64,000 nucleotides of DNA from Myxococcaceae bacterium (GTDB taxonomy: Bacteria > Myxococcota > Myxococcia > Myxococcales > Myxococcaceae): NCBI GenBank assembly GCA_046351675.1, contig JAXLYB010000002.1, positions 64,001 to 128,000 on the forward strand, in the 5' to 3' direction. The notes under the pieces were generated by a model, which was not told the DNA's origin, made no database searches, and saw only the letters and a program-made list of their open reading frames with translations. Below, one piece after another: positions 1-8,618 of the stretch (positions are counted from its first letter, which is position 1; each line of letters starts with the position of its first letter). The position numbers and the translations under genes are program-made.

Positions 1-1661
1 TTCAGCTCGAGATGAACGCCGACCCGCACCAGTTCGGCGGCGACGGCTTCTCGCGGCTCGAGCAGCAGATGACGCACCTGGTGCAGAAGGCGCGTGACGC
101 GGCCGAGGCGCTCAACCTCCACGCGGTGCTGATCGGCATCCTGCCCACCATGCGCAAGGCCGACCTCGGCCTCGAGAACATGGTGCCCTCGCCGCGCTAC
201 CTCGCCCTCTCGCGGGCGGTGCACGAGCTGCGCGGCAGCGACTTCGAGATCAGCATTCGCGGCCTCGACGAGCTGGTCATCTCGCACGACTCGGTGATGG
301 TCGAGGCGTGCAACTCGAGCTTCCAGGTGCACCTGCAGGTCGACGCCGACGACTTCGCGCGCCAGTACAACCTCGCGCAGGTGCTCGCCGCGCCGCTGAT
401 GAGCGTGTCGTGCAACTCGCCGCTGCTGTTCGGCAAGCGCCTGTGGTCGGAGACGCGCATCGCGCTCTTCCAGCAGTCGGTCGACACGCGCACCAAGACC
501 CAGTTCCTGCGCGACGCCACGGCGCGCGTCACGTTCGGCACGCGCTTCATCGAGAAGAGCATCACCGAGATCTTCCGCGAAGACATCGCGCGCTACCGGG
601 CGCTGGTGGGCACCGACCTCGACGAAGACCCGATGGCGGTGCTCGACGAGGGCCGCGCGCCGCAGCTCAAGGCGCTGCGCCTGCACAACGGCACCATCTA
701 CCGGTGGAACCGCGCCTGCTACGGCATCATCGACGGCAAGCCGCACCTGCGCATCGAGAACCGCGTGATGCCGTCGGGGCCCTCGGTCGCCGACGAGATC
801 GCCAACGCCGCGTTCTGGTGCGGAATGATGGTGGAGTTCTCGCGCAAGTACGAAGACATCACGCGGCACATCGACTTCGACCACGCGGCGGGCAACTTCT
901 ACACCGCGGCGCGCGAGGGCTACGTGGCGCCGCTGCACTGGCTCGACGGCGAGGAAATCAACGCCCAGCGCCTGGTGCTCGACACCCTGCTGCCGGCGGC
1001 CGAGGCGGGCCTGCGCACGCGCAAGGTCCACGAGAGCGACATCAAGCGCTACCTGCACATCATCGAGGAGCGGGTGCGCAGCGGGAAGACCGGGGCGCGG
1101 TGGCTGACCAACTCGCTCCACCGCATGAAGGACGAAGGGAGCGCGGGCCAGCGGGCCTCGGCGCTCGTAGCAGCGACGCTCGCGCGGCAGCGCTCGGGCA
1201 AACCCGTCTCCGAGTGGGAGCTGGCACACTTGAGTGAAGCAGGCGCGACGAAGCACACGTACCAACGCATCGAGCAGTTCATGACCACCGACCTGTTCAC
1301 CGTCGAGGTGGACGACCCGGTCGACCTCGTGGCGCACATCATGGCCAGCGAGCGCGTGCGGTACGTGCCCGTCGAAGACAAGGAACACCGCCTGGTGGGG
1401 TTGATCAGCAACCGCGCGGTGCTGCGCTTCCTCGCGGCGGGCGGCAACCAGAAGGACGCGTCGGTCGCGGAGTTGATGAAGCGCGACGTGCTGACGATTT
1501 CGCCGCAGACACTGACGCTCGAGGCGATTCACCTGATGCGCAAGCACCGCATCGGGTGCCTGCCGGTGGTGCTCGACGGGAAGCTGGTCGGCGTGTTGAC
1601 CGAAGAGAACTACCTCAAGATTGCGGGCGACCTGCTCGAGGCCCAGCTCCGGGACCCGTGA
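1..1661 (+). CDS. GCS2/YbdK-like carboxylate-amine ligase fused to a C-terminal CBS-domain pair; 5' end truncated by the window edge
   Basis: ORF 12..1661 is open back to nt 1. The motif FQVHLQVD...LMSVSCNSPLLFGKRLWSETR resembles the YbdK/GCS2 signature (HVHVG...ALSANSP...G.DTG..S.R). The C-terminal ~150 aa show a tandem CBS-like pattern (VAHIMASERVRYVPVEDKEHRLVGLIS... / HLMRKHRIGCLPVVLDGKLVGVLTEEN). The expected N-terminal GCS2 motifs are missing, so the true start lies upstream of the window. Confidence 0.55.
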   Translation, partial: QLEMNADPHQFGGDGFSRLEQQMTHLVQKARDAAEALNLHAVLIGILPTMRKADLGLENMVPSPRYLALSRAVHELRGSDFEISIRGLDELVISHDSVMVEACNSSFQVHLQVDADDFARQYNLAQVLAAPLMSVSCNSPLLFGKRLWSETRIALFQQSVDTRTKTQFLRDATARVTFGTRFIEKSITEIFREDIARYRALVGTDLDEDPMAVLDEGRAPQLKALRLHNGTIYRWNRACYGIIDGKPHLRIENRVMPSGPSVADEIANAAFWCGMMVEFSRKYEDITRHIDFDHAAGNFYTAAREGYVAPLHWLDGEEINAQRLVLDTLLPAAEAGLRTRKVHESDIKRYLHIIEERVRSGKTGARWLTNSLHRMKDEGSAGQRASALVAATLARQRSGKPVSEWELAHLSEAGATKHTYQRIEQFMTTDLFTVEVDDPVDLVAHIMASERVRYVPVEDKEHRLVGLISNRAVLRFLAAGGNQKDASVAELMKRDVLTISPQTLTLEAIHLMRKHRIGCLPVVLDGKLVGVLTEENYLKIAGDLLEAQLRDP

Positions 1662-1731
1662 GCCGCGCGACGCAGTCGTGGACCGGAATGCGCAGCGAAG
1701 CGGAGCAGTCCGAAGGCGAACGACCCAGGAC

Positions 1732-2205
1732 ATGGGATCCGTGAGCAAGAAGACGCTCAAGGCCGAGCTCACCCGCACGCTCGAGAAGACGCTCGCCACG
1801 CTCGAGGCCGCGCACGCCGACACGCGCAGCGCCGCGACGCACGAAGAGGCCAAGCCCGAGAACGACAAGGACACCCGCGCGCTCGAGCAGAGCTACCTCG
1901 CGCGGGGCCAGGCGATGCGCATCGAGGCGCTCAAGGCCGGGCTCGCGGCGCTCGGCGCGATGAGCCTCGCGGCGATGAAGGTCGCGGGCCCGGGCGCGCT
2001 CGTGGAGTGCGAAGACGAAGACGGCCAGGCGCTGCGCTACTACCTCGCGCCCGAGGGCGGCGGCACGAAGCTGAGCGGTGGGGTGCAGGTGGTGACGCCC
2101 TCGTCTCCGGTCGGCGCGGCGCTGGTGGGCAAGAAGGCCGATGACGCGCTCGAGCTGACGCTGGGCGGGAAGAAGCGCGAGCTCACCGTGGTGGGTGTGT
2201 CATGA
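1732..2205 (+). CDS. GreA/GreB-family transcription elongation factor-like protein
   Basis: ATG at 1732 (MGSVSKKTLKAEL...) lies within ORF 1621..2205. The N-terminus is a coiled-coil-like region. The C-terminus (YYLAPEGGGTKLSGGVQVVTPSSPVGAALVGKKADDALELTLGGKKRELTVVGVS) matches the Gre C-terminal FKBP-like domain pattern. Its stop overlaps the next start as ATGA. Confidence 0.6.
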   Translation: MGSVSKKTLKAELTRTLEKTLATLEAAHADTRSAATHEEAKPENDKDTRALEQSYLARGQAMRIEALKAGLAALGAMSLAAMKVAGPGALVECEDEDGQALRYYLAPEGGGTKLSGGVQVVTPSSPVGAALVGKKADDALELTLGGKKRELTVVGVS

Positions 2206-2735
2206 GCGAGCCGGTCGTCTTCGTCGCGGGCATGGAAGGGTTGATCAAGGCCCTCGAGCCGCGCGTCGACGCCGCGTTCTGGAAGAGGCTGCGCGAGCGC
2301 GGCTTCGACAAGGACAAGCCGTTGCTCGCGGCGACTCCGGCGAAGACGTGGTTGCTGGTGTTGGAGGCGGGCGTCGAGGCCGTGGGTGGTGACCGCACCG
2401 CGGCGCAGCGGGCGCTCGGCGTCGCGGCCATCGAGGGGTTTCAGCAGACGCTCGTGGGGCGGGCGCTCTTTCCGCTGCTCAAGCTGATTGGGCTCAAGCG
2501 CGGGCTCGAGCGGATCAGCCGCAGCTTCCAGAGCGGCAACGACTTCCTCGACATGAAGCTCGTGTCGTTCGAGCCGGGTGAGGCGCGGCTCGAGGCGCGC
2601 GAGGTGCTCGGCGTGGGCGAGCACTTCGCCGGCATGCTCATCGCGGGGTGCACGGCCGTCGGCGCGCGCGAGGTGTCGTGTGAGACCCGGCCCGCGGGGA
2701 ATGGCGCGCACTTCGTCGTGAAGTGGTCGCGGTAG
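2202..2735 (+). CDS. TIGR02265 / DUF2378 family protein (Myxococcus paralogous family)
   Basis: 177 aa. It is a clear paralog of the gene at 5914..6495 (MSEPVVFVAGMEGLIKALEPRV... versus MNPELQPVVFGHAFEALVKALKDRV...). The start overlaps the upstream stop (ATGA). Confidence 0.7.
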   Translation: MSEPVVFVAGMEGLIKALEPRVDAAFWKRLRERGFDKDKPLLAATPAKTWLLVLEAGVEAVGGDRTAAQRALGVAAIEGFQQTLVGRALFPLLKLIGLKRGLERISRSFQSGNDFLDMKLVSFEPGEARLEAREVLGVGEHFAGMLIAGCTAVGAREVSCETRPAGNGAHFVVKWSR

Positions 2736-2755
2736 CTCGTGGCACACTTCGCCGA

Positions 2756-3097
2756 ATGCGAATCGTTCTCGGGCTGGTAGCGATGTCGTTGGTCGGCTGC
2801 GGTGGGGTGCTCGGCTCGTCGTCGTGTGATTTCCGCGATGGCGGCGCGAATGGGCCTGAGCCGCGGTGCCAGGAGCGCGTGCAGACGCTCGCCGCAGCGG
2901 CGTTCAAGGGTGCGTGCTCGGTGGCGCAGGGCGTGTCGGCCGATGGTGCGTGCCCGCGGACCGGGGCCGTTGGTGGGTGTGAGATCGGCACCCAGGGCGA
3001 CGGCAGCAAGGTGAACGACTGGTACTACGCGCCAAAGACGCGTGACGAAGTGCAGATGCAGTGCACGAAGGACAACGCGAAGTTCCTCGAGCCGTAG
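2756..3097 (+). CDS. small Cys-containing lipoprotein, hypothetical
   Basis: Internal ATG at 2756 gives MRIVLGLVAMSLVGCGG, a type II signal peptide with lipobox LVGC. The ORF 2723..3097 begins upstream, but that stretch lacks signal-peptide character. Confidence 0.5.
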   Translation: MRIVLGLVAMSLVGCGGVLGSSSCDFRDGGANGPEPRCQERVQTLAAAAFKGACSVAQGVSADGACPRTGAVGGCEIGTQGDGSKVNDWYYAPKTRDEVQMQCTKDNAKFLEP

Positions 3098-3108
3098 AGA
3101 ACAAAGAG

Positions 3109-3279
3109 CTCCCTCTCCTCCCGAGGAGGAGAGGGTTGGGGTGAGGAGTGAAGCATCGAGGCGCCAACGGGCTCATGCCTCGAGCGGTGGTGCTTTCCTC
3201 TCTGCTTCAGTTCAGCCGCACTCTGCGCTCCGGGGGTTCACTCCTCACCCCGACCCTCTCCTCTGAAGAGGAGAGGGAG
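3109..3279. repeat. inverted pair of the palindromic repeat family (units 3109..3148 and 3239..3279) flanking a ~90 nt spacer that itself contains a hairpin
   Basis: CTCCCTCTCCTCCCGAGGAGGAGAGGGTTGGGGTGAGGAG ... CACTCCTCACCCCGACCCTCTCCTCTGAAGAGGAGAGGGAG. It lies between the convergent gene ends at 3097 and 3291. Confidence 0.85.
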
Positions 3280-3290
3280 TTCGCAGTTCG

Positions 3291-5828
3291 TCAGCGCCGG
3301 CGCCTTGCGAACAGCGCACCGAGCGCGAGCACGAGCAGCGGCTCCGCGCCAACGCCCGAGCACCCACCACACCCGCCCTTCACCATCGACGGCTGCGTCG
3401 TCGCGCCCGTCTTCCGATACAGCGTGAGCGTCGCCGTCAGCGTCTGCCCCGTGGTCGCCGTCGCGGTCGCGGTGATGACGTTCTTCCCCTCGACCAACGG
3501 CACGGTCGCCGAGAACCCGCCACCACCGAGCAACTCAGCCGACACGTCATTCAACGTCACGCCGATGAGGTCCACGCCCGTCACCGTGCCGAAGATGGTC
3601 ACCGTCTCCGCGTTCACCGTCGACTCATCGGCCGGCTCGACGAACGTGAGCTCCGCGGCCGCGACCTCGTCGATGCCCGGCGTCAGCACCAGGTCGAGCG
3701 CCAACCGCGCATCGGCCGGCACCGTCACCGTCTCGGAGTGCGTGAGGAACCCGGTCTTCTTCACCACCACCAGGTAGTCCGCGGGCACCACCATCACCGG
3801 CGCGTAGTACGCCCCGCCCGCGTCGCTCATCACCGTCGACACCACGGTGCCGCTCGACGCCTCGCGCAGCTCGATGGACACACCCTCGAGGCGAGAGCTG
3901 TCCGCCGAGCTCGACACGAAGCCCGCCACGCCCGCGTTGAACGTCGCGGTGCTCGTCGCGCGGCCGGTGTTGTTCGCGCCATCGACCGCGGTCACCTCGA
4001 TGCTGTTGGTGCCGGGCTTCAGCTGCACCTCGACCTGGAACGCGCCGTTGGTGACCGGCACGTCGGTGCTCGCGCCACCATTGAGCGCCACCTTCACGGT
4101 CGCCACCGCGCCGCGGTCATCTGATGCGGTGCCCTTCAGGTCGATGCGCCCGAGGTCGAGGCTCGCCATGTTCGACGGGAAGCTGATGGCCACCATCGGC
4201 GCCTGCGTGTCGGCCGAGTTGGTCGTCGACAAGCCGACCGAGCCCCACACGGTCGCGTTCGCCGCGACGGTGCGTGACACCTGGTTCGCGACGTAGCCCG
4301 ACTTGGTGACGTTCACCGTGTACGTGCCGGGCGCGAGGTTGAAGAGGTACGCGCCGTCGGCCGCCGTGGTCTGCGTCTGCCCGCCCGCGGTCACCGTCGC
4401 GCCCGTGATGGCGACGTTCATGTTCGTCGGGTCGGCCGCGTTGTACGCGAAGATTTTCCCGCGCAGCACGCCGGTCGCCGCCGAGGCGTTGATCTCCATC
4501 GAGCCCCAGGTCTGCGTGCCCGCCGTCACCGTGCGCGTCACCGAGGTGCCCGCGAAGCCCGACTTGCTCACCGTCGCCGTGTACGAGCCCGGCGCGAGCG
4601 TGAACTGGTACAGGCCGTTAGCACCGGTGGTGACCGTCTGGCTGCCCACCGTCACCGTCGCGCCCGAGACGCGGTTGGCGGAGTTGCCGCCCGTGTAGAT
4701 GGCGCCGATCAAAACGCCGGTGGTGGTGGTCGGCGTCGAGCCGTTCACCAGGTTCATGTACTTCGTCCAGTTCCAGCCGCTGCCCGGGTCGGTGTGACCG
4801 CCGGTGTTGCACTGCGAGGGCACCTCGGCGTGGCCGATGATGTGCGAGCGGTTGCGCGGGATGTTGTGGCGATCGGCGATCCACCGCGTGAGCTTGGCGG
4901 ACTCCGTGTACATCGCGTCGGTGTACCAGGTGGCCGGATCGTTCACGAAACCCTCGTGCTCGATGCCGACCGAACGGCCGTTGTAACACTGCGCGTGCCA
5001 CGCGGTGTTCTTGTGCTCGACCATCTGGGTGATCTGCCCGTCGCTCGAGCGCACGATGTAGTGCGACGACACGTTGGAGTTCGGGTTCTGGAACCACGAC
5101 TTCGTGCCCGCGTAGCTGCCCTGCATGGTGTGAATCAGCACGAACTCGTACGTGCTGCGGCCCGAGGTGAAGTTCGGCGACGCGACCCAGCCGACCGCGC
5201 CCGGGTACTCGACGACGCCGTCACGCCGCGCGCTCGCGACCGGCGCGTGCGTGCGCCACGAGCTCGCCAGCGGCGCCTGCACCACGCCGTTGCCCGTGAA
5301 GCCCTGCTCGAGCGCGAGGAAGACGTCGGCGGCGTAGTCGGTCGAGGCCACCACCGAGTCGAAGCCCGGGTAGTACGAGACCGCGACGTACCAGTCGCCC
5401 AGCTCCTGCGAATCGAGCACCGGCTGGGAGCGCCGCGCGTCGTCGAAGAGCGCGCGCAACACCGCCGCCGCGCCGCGCACGTTGGCCGCCGAGTCGACGC
5501 GCAAGCGCCCTTCGGTCACGCCCGTCAGCGCCGCCGCGCGGCCGAGCGTGTCGACGCCATCGCGCCGGCTGAGCTGCATCACGCCCACGCCGCCCGTGCC
5601 CGACTCGAGGTTGGCGCGCGTGGACAACCGCGTCTCGACCCACGCGATGCTCTTCAGCACCGCGACCGGCACCTGGTACTCGCGCGAGGCCTGGGTGAAG
5701 GCCGTCTCCAGCGCGGTGTTGGTCGACGCCGAAGGGGCTGGAGTGACCGTCGAATCCGCGGGGTCGACCCCGCATGCCGACAGCACGGAGACCAGCGACA
5801 CCAGCACGGCCACGAGTGAGCGCTTCAT
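3291..5828 (-). CDS. multidomain secreted cell-wall hydrolase lipoprotein: SLT-like lytic transglycosylase + N-acetylmuramoyl-L-alanine amidase (amidase_2/PGRP) + CarboxypepD_reg/Ig-like repeats
   Basis: 845 aa. Signal peptide with lipobox (LVSVLSACG). There is an SLT-like motif (ESGTGGVGVMQLS) and amidase_2-like motifs (EFVLIHTMQGSYAGTKSWF...HYIVRSSDGQITQMV...GIEHEGF...HAEVPS...H). Multiple beta-sandwich repeats follow (GATVTVGSQTVTTGANGLYQF, GATVTAGGQTQTTAADGAYLF), and the protein ends with an alanine-rich C-terminal anchor-like tail. Confidence 0.7.
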   Translation of the reverse strand: MKRSLVAVLVSLVSVLSACGVDPADSTVTPAPSASTNTALETAFTQASREYQVPVAVLKSIAWVETRLSTRANLESGTGGVGVMQLSRRDGVDTLGRAAALTGVTEGRLRVDSAANVRGAAAVLRALFDDARRSQPVLDSQELGDWYVAVSYYPGFDSVVASTDYAADVFLALEQGFTGNGVVQAPLASSWRTHAPVASARRDGVVEYPGAVGWVASPNFTSGRSTYEFVLIHTMQGSYAGTKSWFQNPNSNVSSHYIVRSSDGQITQMVEHKNTAWHAQCYNGRSVGIEHEGFVNDPATWYTDAMYTESAKLTRWIADRHNIPRNRSHIIGHAEVPSQCNTGGHTDPGSGWNWTKYMNLVNGSTPTTTTGVLIGAIYTGGNSANRVSGATVTVGSQTVTTGANGLYQFTLAPGSYTATVSKSGFAGTSVTRTVTAGTQTWGSMEINASAATGVLRGKIFAYNAADPTNMNVAITGATVTAGGQTQTTAADGAYLFNLAPGTYTVNVTKSGYVANQVSRTVAANATVWGSVGLSTTNSADTQAPMVAISFPSNMASLDLGRIDLKGTASDDRGAVATVKVALNGGASTDVPVTNGAFQVEVQLKPGTNSIEVTAVDGANNTGRATSTATFNAGVAGFVSSSADSSRLEGVSIELREASSGTVVSTVMSDAGGAYYAPVMVVPADYLVVVKKTGFLTHSETVTVPADARLALDLVLTPGIDEVAAAELTFVEPADESTVNAETVTIFGTVTGVDLIGVTLNDVSAELLGGGGFSATVPLVEGKNVITATATATTGQTLTATLTLYRKTGATTQPSMVKGGCGGCSGVGAEPLLVLALGALFARRRR

Positions 5829-5913
5829 GGGCGGCGAAGGTAGGGCAGGCCTCGCACGGGTGGATCACCGCCCCCGGGAACAGTGTCGCGCGAAGGTGAC
5901 AGTCCCTTTTGGC

Positions 5914-6495
5914 CTACGACCAACTCACCTCGAACGTCACGTCCTGCCTCGTGAAGTCCGACGCGCTCAGCTTCACCGTGCCCGTCGCGCCGAGCGTGGT
6001 GAGCACCGCTTCGAGGAGGCCCTGGCGGTACTCCGCGATGAACGAGGTGCGGTCGGTCGTGTACGGGAGGTAGCGCTCGTTGGTGAAGGTGCGAATGCGC
6101 ACTGACTTCGGCCCCAGGTCGGCGATGTCGGCCTCGAGGTAGTTGGTCGCCTGCTTGAAGTTGCGGCCCATGCGCTGGAGCGTGCGCTTGACGCCGATGA
6201 GCTTCGCCACGGCGAGCACGGCCAGACCGAGCGGCGTCTGCACGAAGCCTTCCATGAAGAGGTGGCCCAACTGCCGCGTGCGCTCGGCGGGAGGGAGCCG
6301 CGGCAACAACTTCTCTCCCGTCAGCCGAATCACCTCGACCCACGTGTCCATCGGGTACGCGGCCTGCACCTTCGCGAGGTCGACGCCGAGCTTCTTGAGC
6401 TCGCCGCGCAGCTCGGGCGTCACGCGGTCCTTGAGCGCCTTCACCAGCGCCTCGAAGGCGTGACCGAAGACGACGGGCTGGAGCTCGGGGTTCAC
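5914..6495 (-). CDS. TIGR02265 / DUF2378 family protein (second paralog)
   Basis: 193 aa. It is similar throughout to 2202..2735 (for example GFVQTPLGLAVLAVAKLIGVKRTLQRMGRNFKQATNYLEADI versus GFQQTLVGRALFPLLKLIGLKRGLERISRSFQSGNDFLDMKL). Confidence 0.7.
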   Translation of the reverse strand: MNPELQPVVFGHAFEALVKALKDRVTPELRGELKKLGVDLAKVQAAYPMDTWVEVIRLTGEKLLPRLPPAERTRQLGHLFMEGFVQTPLGLAVLAVAKLIGVKRTLQRMGRNFKQATNYLEADIADLGPKSVRIRTFTNERYLPYTTDRTSFIAEYRQGLLEAVLTTLGATGTVKLSASDFTRQDVTFEVSWS

Positions 6496-6508
6496 GGCGC
6501 GCGCGACG

Positions 6509-7723
6509 TTAGCGCTTCGGGCGGAAGTCGGCGGGCACTCCGCGCTCGCGAATGAGCCGGCGGTACGCGTCGACCGCCTCGGTCGGCTTGCGACGCAGCG
6601 ACGGGTCGCGCTCGACGTCGACGGTGAAGAGGCCGAAGCGGCTGCGGTACTCGCCCCACTCGTAGTTGTCGGTGAGCGACCACACGTTGTACCCGACGAC
6701 GTCGAGCCCTTCGTCGCGCGCGCGCTGCAGGAAGTACACGTGGTCGCGCAGGTGCTCGCTACGCAGGTAGCCCTCGGGGCGCGGCAGGCCGTCGTCGGTC
6801 GCCATGCCGTTTTCCACGACGTAGAGCGGCAGCGTCGGCGCGCGGGCGTGCAGGTCTTTGAGCGCGGTGAGCAGCGCGGCGGGCGTGAACTTCACCTTCC
6901 AGTATTCGCCGCGCAGGGCGTGCATCGCCGAGAGGTCGAGTGACACCGAGTAGTAGAAGTCGACGCCGAGGTAGTCGAGGCGGTCCTTCACGCGCTCGAA
7001 GAACCAGTCGTCGAACCAGCTCGCGGGCGCGGGTTCCCACACCACGTTGGTGGTGACCGGCGAGCCCGGGTCGACGGTGTGCAGCACGTCGAACGCGCGC
7101 ACGTGGAGCTGCACGAGGTGTTCCTTCGCGAGCTCGACCTGGTCTTCGCGCACGCCGCCGTTGCGCCGCTCGAGCTGGAGGAACCACGCCGCTTCGTTGA
7201 GCGTCACCCACCACGCGTGGCGGCTGCGGTAGCGCGTCGCCACCAGCTTCACGAAGTCGCTGAACGCGTCGACGACTCCGGGGCTCGCGAGGCCACCCTC
7301 GTCGACCACCCAGCCGGGAATCACGAAGTGGAGCAGCGTCACCATCGGCACGAGTTGGTGGCGCTCGAGCAGGTCGAACACGTGGTCGTAGAAGCGCAGC
7401 GCCTCTTCGTCGATGACGCCGCGCTTCGGCATCACGCGCGCCCACTCGATGGAGAAGCGGAAGGTGTTGATGCCGAGCGACGCAGCGAGCGCGATGTCTT
7501 CGTCGGCGCGGTGGAAGAAGTCGACCGAGTTCCGGTACGGCCGGTGCGGCGTGCCCTCGCGCGCGGCGTAGCGGGACCAGTTGCTGTCGGGCGCGAAGCC
7601 CTCGCTCTGGAAGCCCGAGGTCGCCACGCCCCAGTGGAAGTCGTCGGGCAGTGGCTTCACCGCGGTCGCGCAGGCGCTCGAGGCGACGGCGAGGAAGACG
7701 AGCACGAGCGCAGTGCGGAACAT
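6509..7723 (-). CDS. glycoside hydrolase family 1 (beta-glucosidase-like), secreted
   Basis: GH1 motifs are present: FRFSIEWARVMP, the acid/base segment WVTLNEAAW, and the nucleophile segment LYVVENGMA. The start is placed at the internal ATG (cat 7721..7723) that gives signal peptide MFRTALVLVFLAVASSACA. The ORF is open to 7774, but that would overlap the divergent DTW gene. Confidence 0.7.
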   Translation of the reverse strand: MFRTALVLVFLAVASSACATAVKPLPDDFHWGVATSGFQSEGFAPDSNWSRYAAREGTPHRPYRNSVDFFHRADEDIALAASLGINTFRFSIEWARVMPKRGVIDEEALRFYDHVFDLLERHQLVPMVTLLHFVIPGWVVDEGGLASPGVVDAFSDFVKLVATRYRSRHAWWVTLNEAAWFLQLERRNGGVREDQVELAKEHLVQLHVRAFDVLHTVDPGSPVTTNVVWEPAPASWFDDWFFERVKDRLDYLGVDFYYSVSLDLSAMHALRGEYWKVKFTPAALLTALKDLHARAPTLPLYVVENGMATDDGLPRPEGYLRSEHLRDHVYFLQRARDEGLDVVGYNVWSLTDNYEWGEYRSRFGLFTVDVERDPSLRRKPTEAVDAYRRLIRERGVPADFRPKR

Positions 7724-7754
7724 GGCGAGCGGTGCGATATCAGAAGTCGCCGCC

Positions 7755-8249
7755 ATGACCCGCGTGGTCGTCATTCAGCACGTGCTCGAGCTCTCGCAGC
7801 GCAGCAACACCATTCGCCACTCGGGTGAGGTGCTCGCGCGCCTCGACGTGCGGGTGCTGGGCTCGCAGGAAGTGCCGCTGCGGCTCGATGACCTGCGTGC
7901 GGAGGATGGGGCGTGGTTGTTGTGGCCCGGTGGTGTGAGCACCGTGCCCGTGCCGAAGCCGAAGACGGTGGTGGTGCTCGATGGCTCGTGGAGCCAGGCG
8001 CGGCGGATGTTCCAGCGCGTGCCGGAGTTGAGGCGGTTGCCGCAGTGGTCGCTCGTCGCGCCCGAGGGACGGCGGAGTCTGCGCGAGGCGCCTCCGGGTG
8101 GCATGTCGTCGCTCGAGGCGGTGGCGCAGGCGGTGGAAGCGCTCGATGGCGTCGATGCGGCGAGGCCGTTTCACGAGGCGCACGAGGCGCTGGTGCAGAA
8201 GCAGCTCGGGCAGCGTGGGTACGTCGGTCCGATGAAGTCGCAGGTGTGA
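7755..8249 (+). CDS. DTW-domain protein (TapT/YfiP-like tRNA aminocarboxypropyltransferase family), short form lacking the N-terminal Cys cluster
   Basis: MTRVVVIQHVLEL...TVVVLDGSWSQARRMF corresponds to the YfiP VVFPASYAD...LFIMLDGTWPEARKMF DTW core. ORF 7581..8249 is open upstream, but that extension is antisense to the GH1 gene. Confidence 0.55.
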   Translation: MTRVVVIQHVLELSQRSNTIRHSGEVLARLDVRVLGSQEVPLRLDDLRAEDGAWLLWPGGVSTVPVPKPKTVVVLDGSWSQARRMFQRVPELRRLPQWSLVAPEGRRSLREAPPGGMSSLEAVAQAVEALDGVDAARPFHEAHEALVQKQLGQRGYVGPMKSQV

Positions 8250-8426
8250 GGCTCGCAGGGGTCCGCTCCCGGGGCCGCGTCGCGCAGCAGCAGGACCGCC
8301 ACCCTCGAGCCAGACCGAGGCGCGGCAGGCCTCAGGGCGACGCGGGGGGTGACGGGTTTCGGCCGTGCTCAGCGCGAGCAGCCCCTCGACTGCGAGCCGA
8401 GTTCACGCACGGTCGGGCCGACGCCG

Positions 8427-8461
8427 GTGCGGATAACGAGCTGTGGCAGCGTTATCCGCAC
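8427..8461. promoter_or_regulatory. perfect 12-bp inverted repeat GTGCGGATAACG-(11 nt)-CGTTATCCGCAC in a lower-GC convergent intergenic region
   Basis: Read directly in the 370-bp gap between the 3' ends of the DTW gene (8249) and the ATP-grasp gene (8619). There is no U-tract, so this is either a rho-independent-like terminator without a tail or a protein-binding palindrome. Confidence 0.4.
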
Positions 8462-8618
8462 CGCGGTCGACCGCTGGGCAGAGAAGTTGTTCTCCCAGAG
8501 CATCTTCTCTACCTGGTACCCCTCACGACGAGTGCGTCACCGAGTCACGACGCGTCCGCAGTGAGGAGCACGCGCGGTGCTTGGTACGGCTTCGGGCAAC
8601 CTGCACACCCACCCACCC

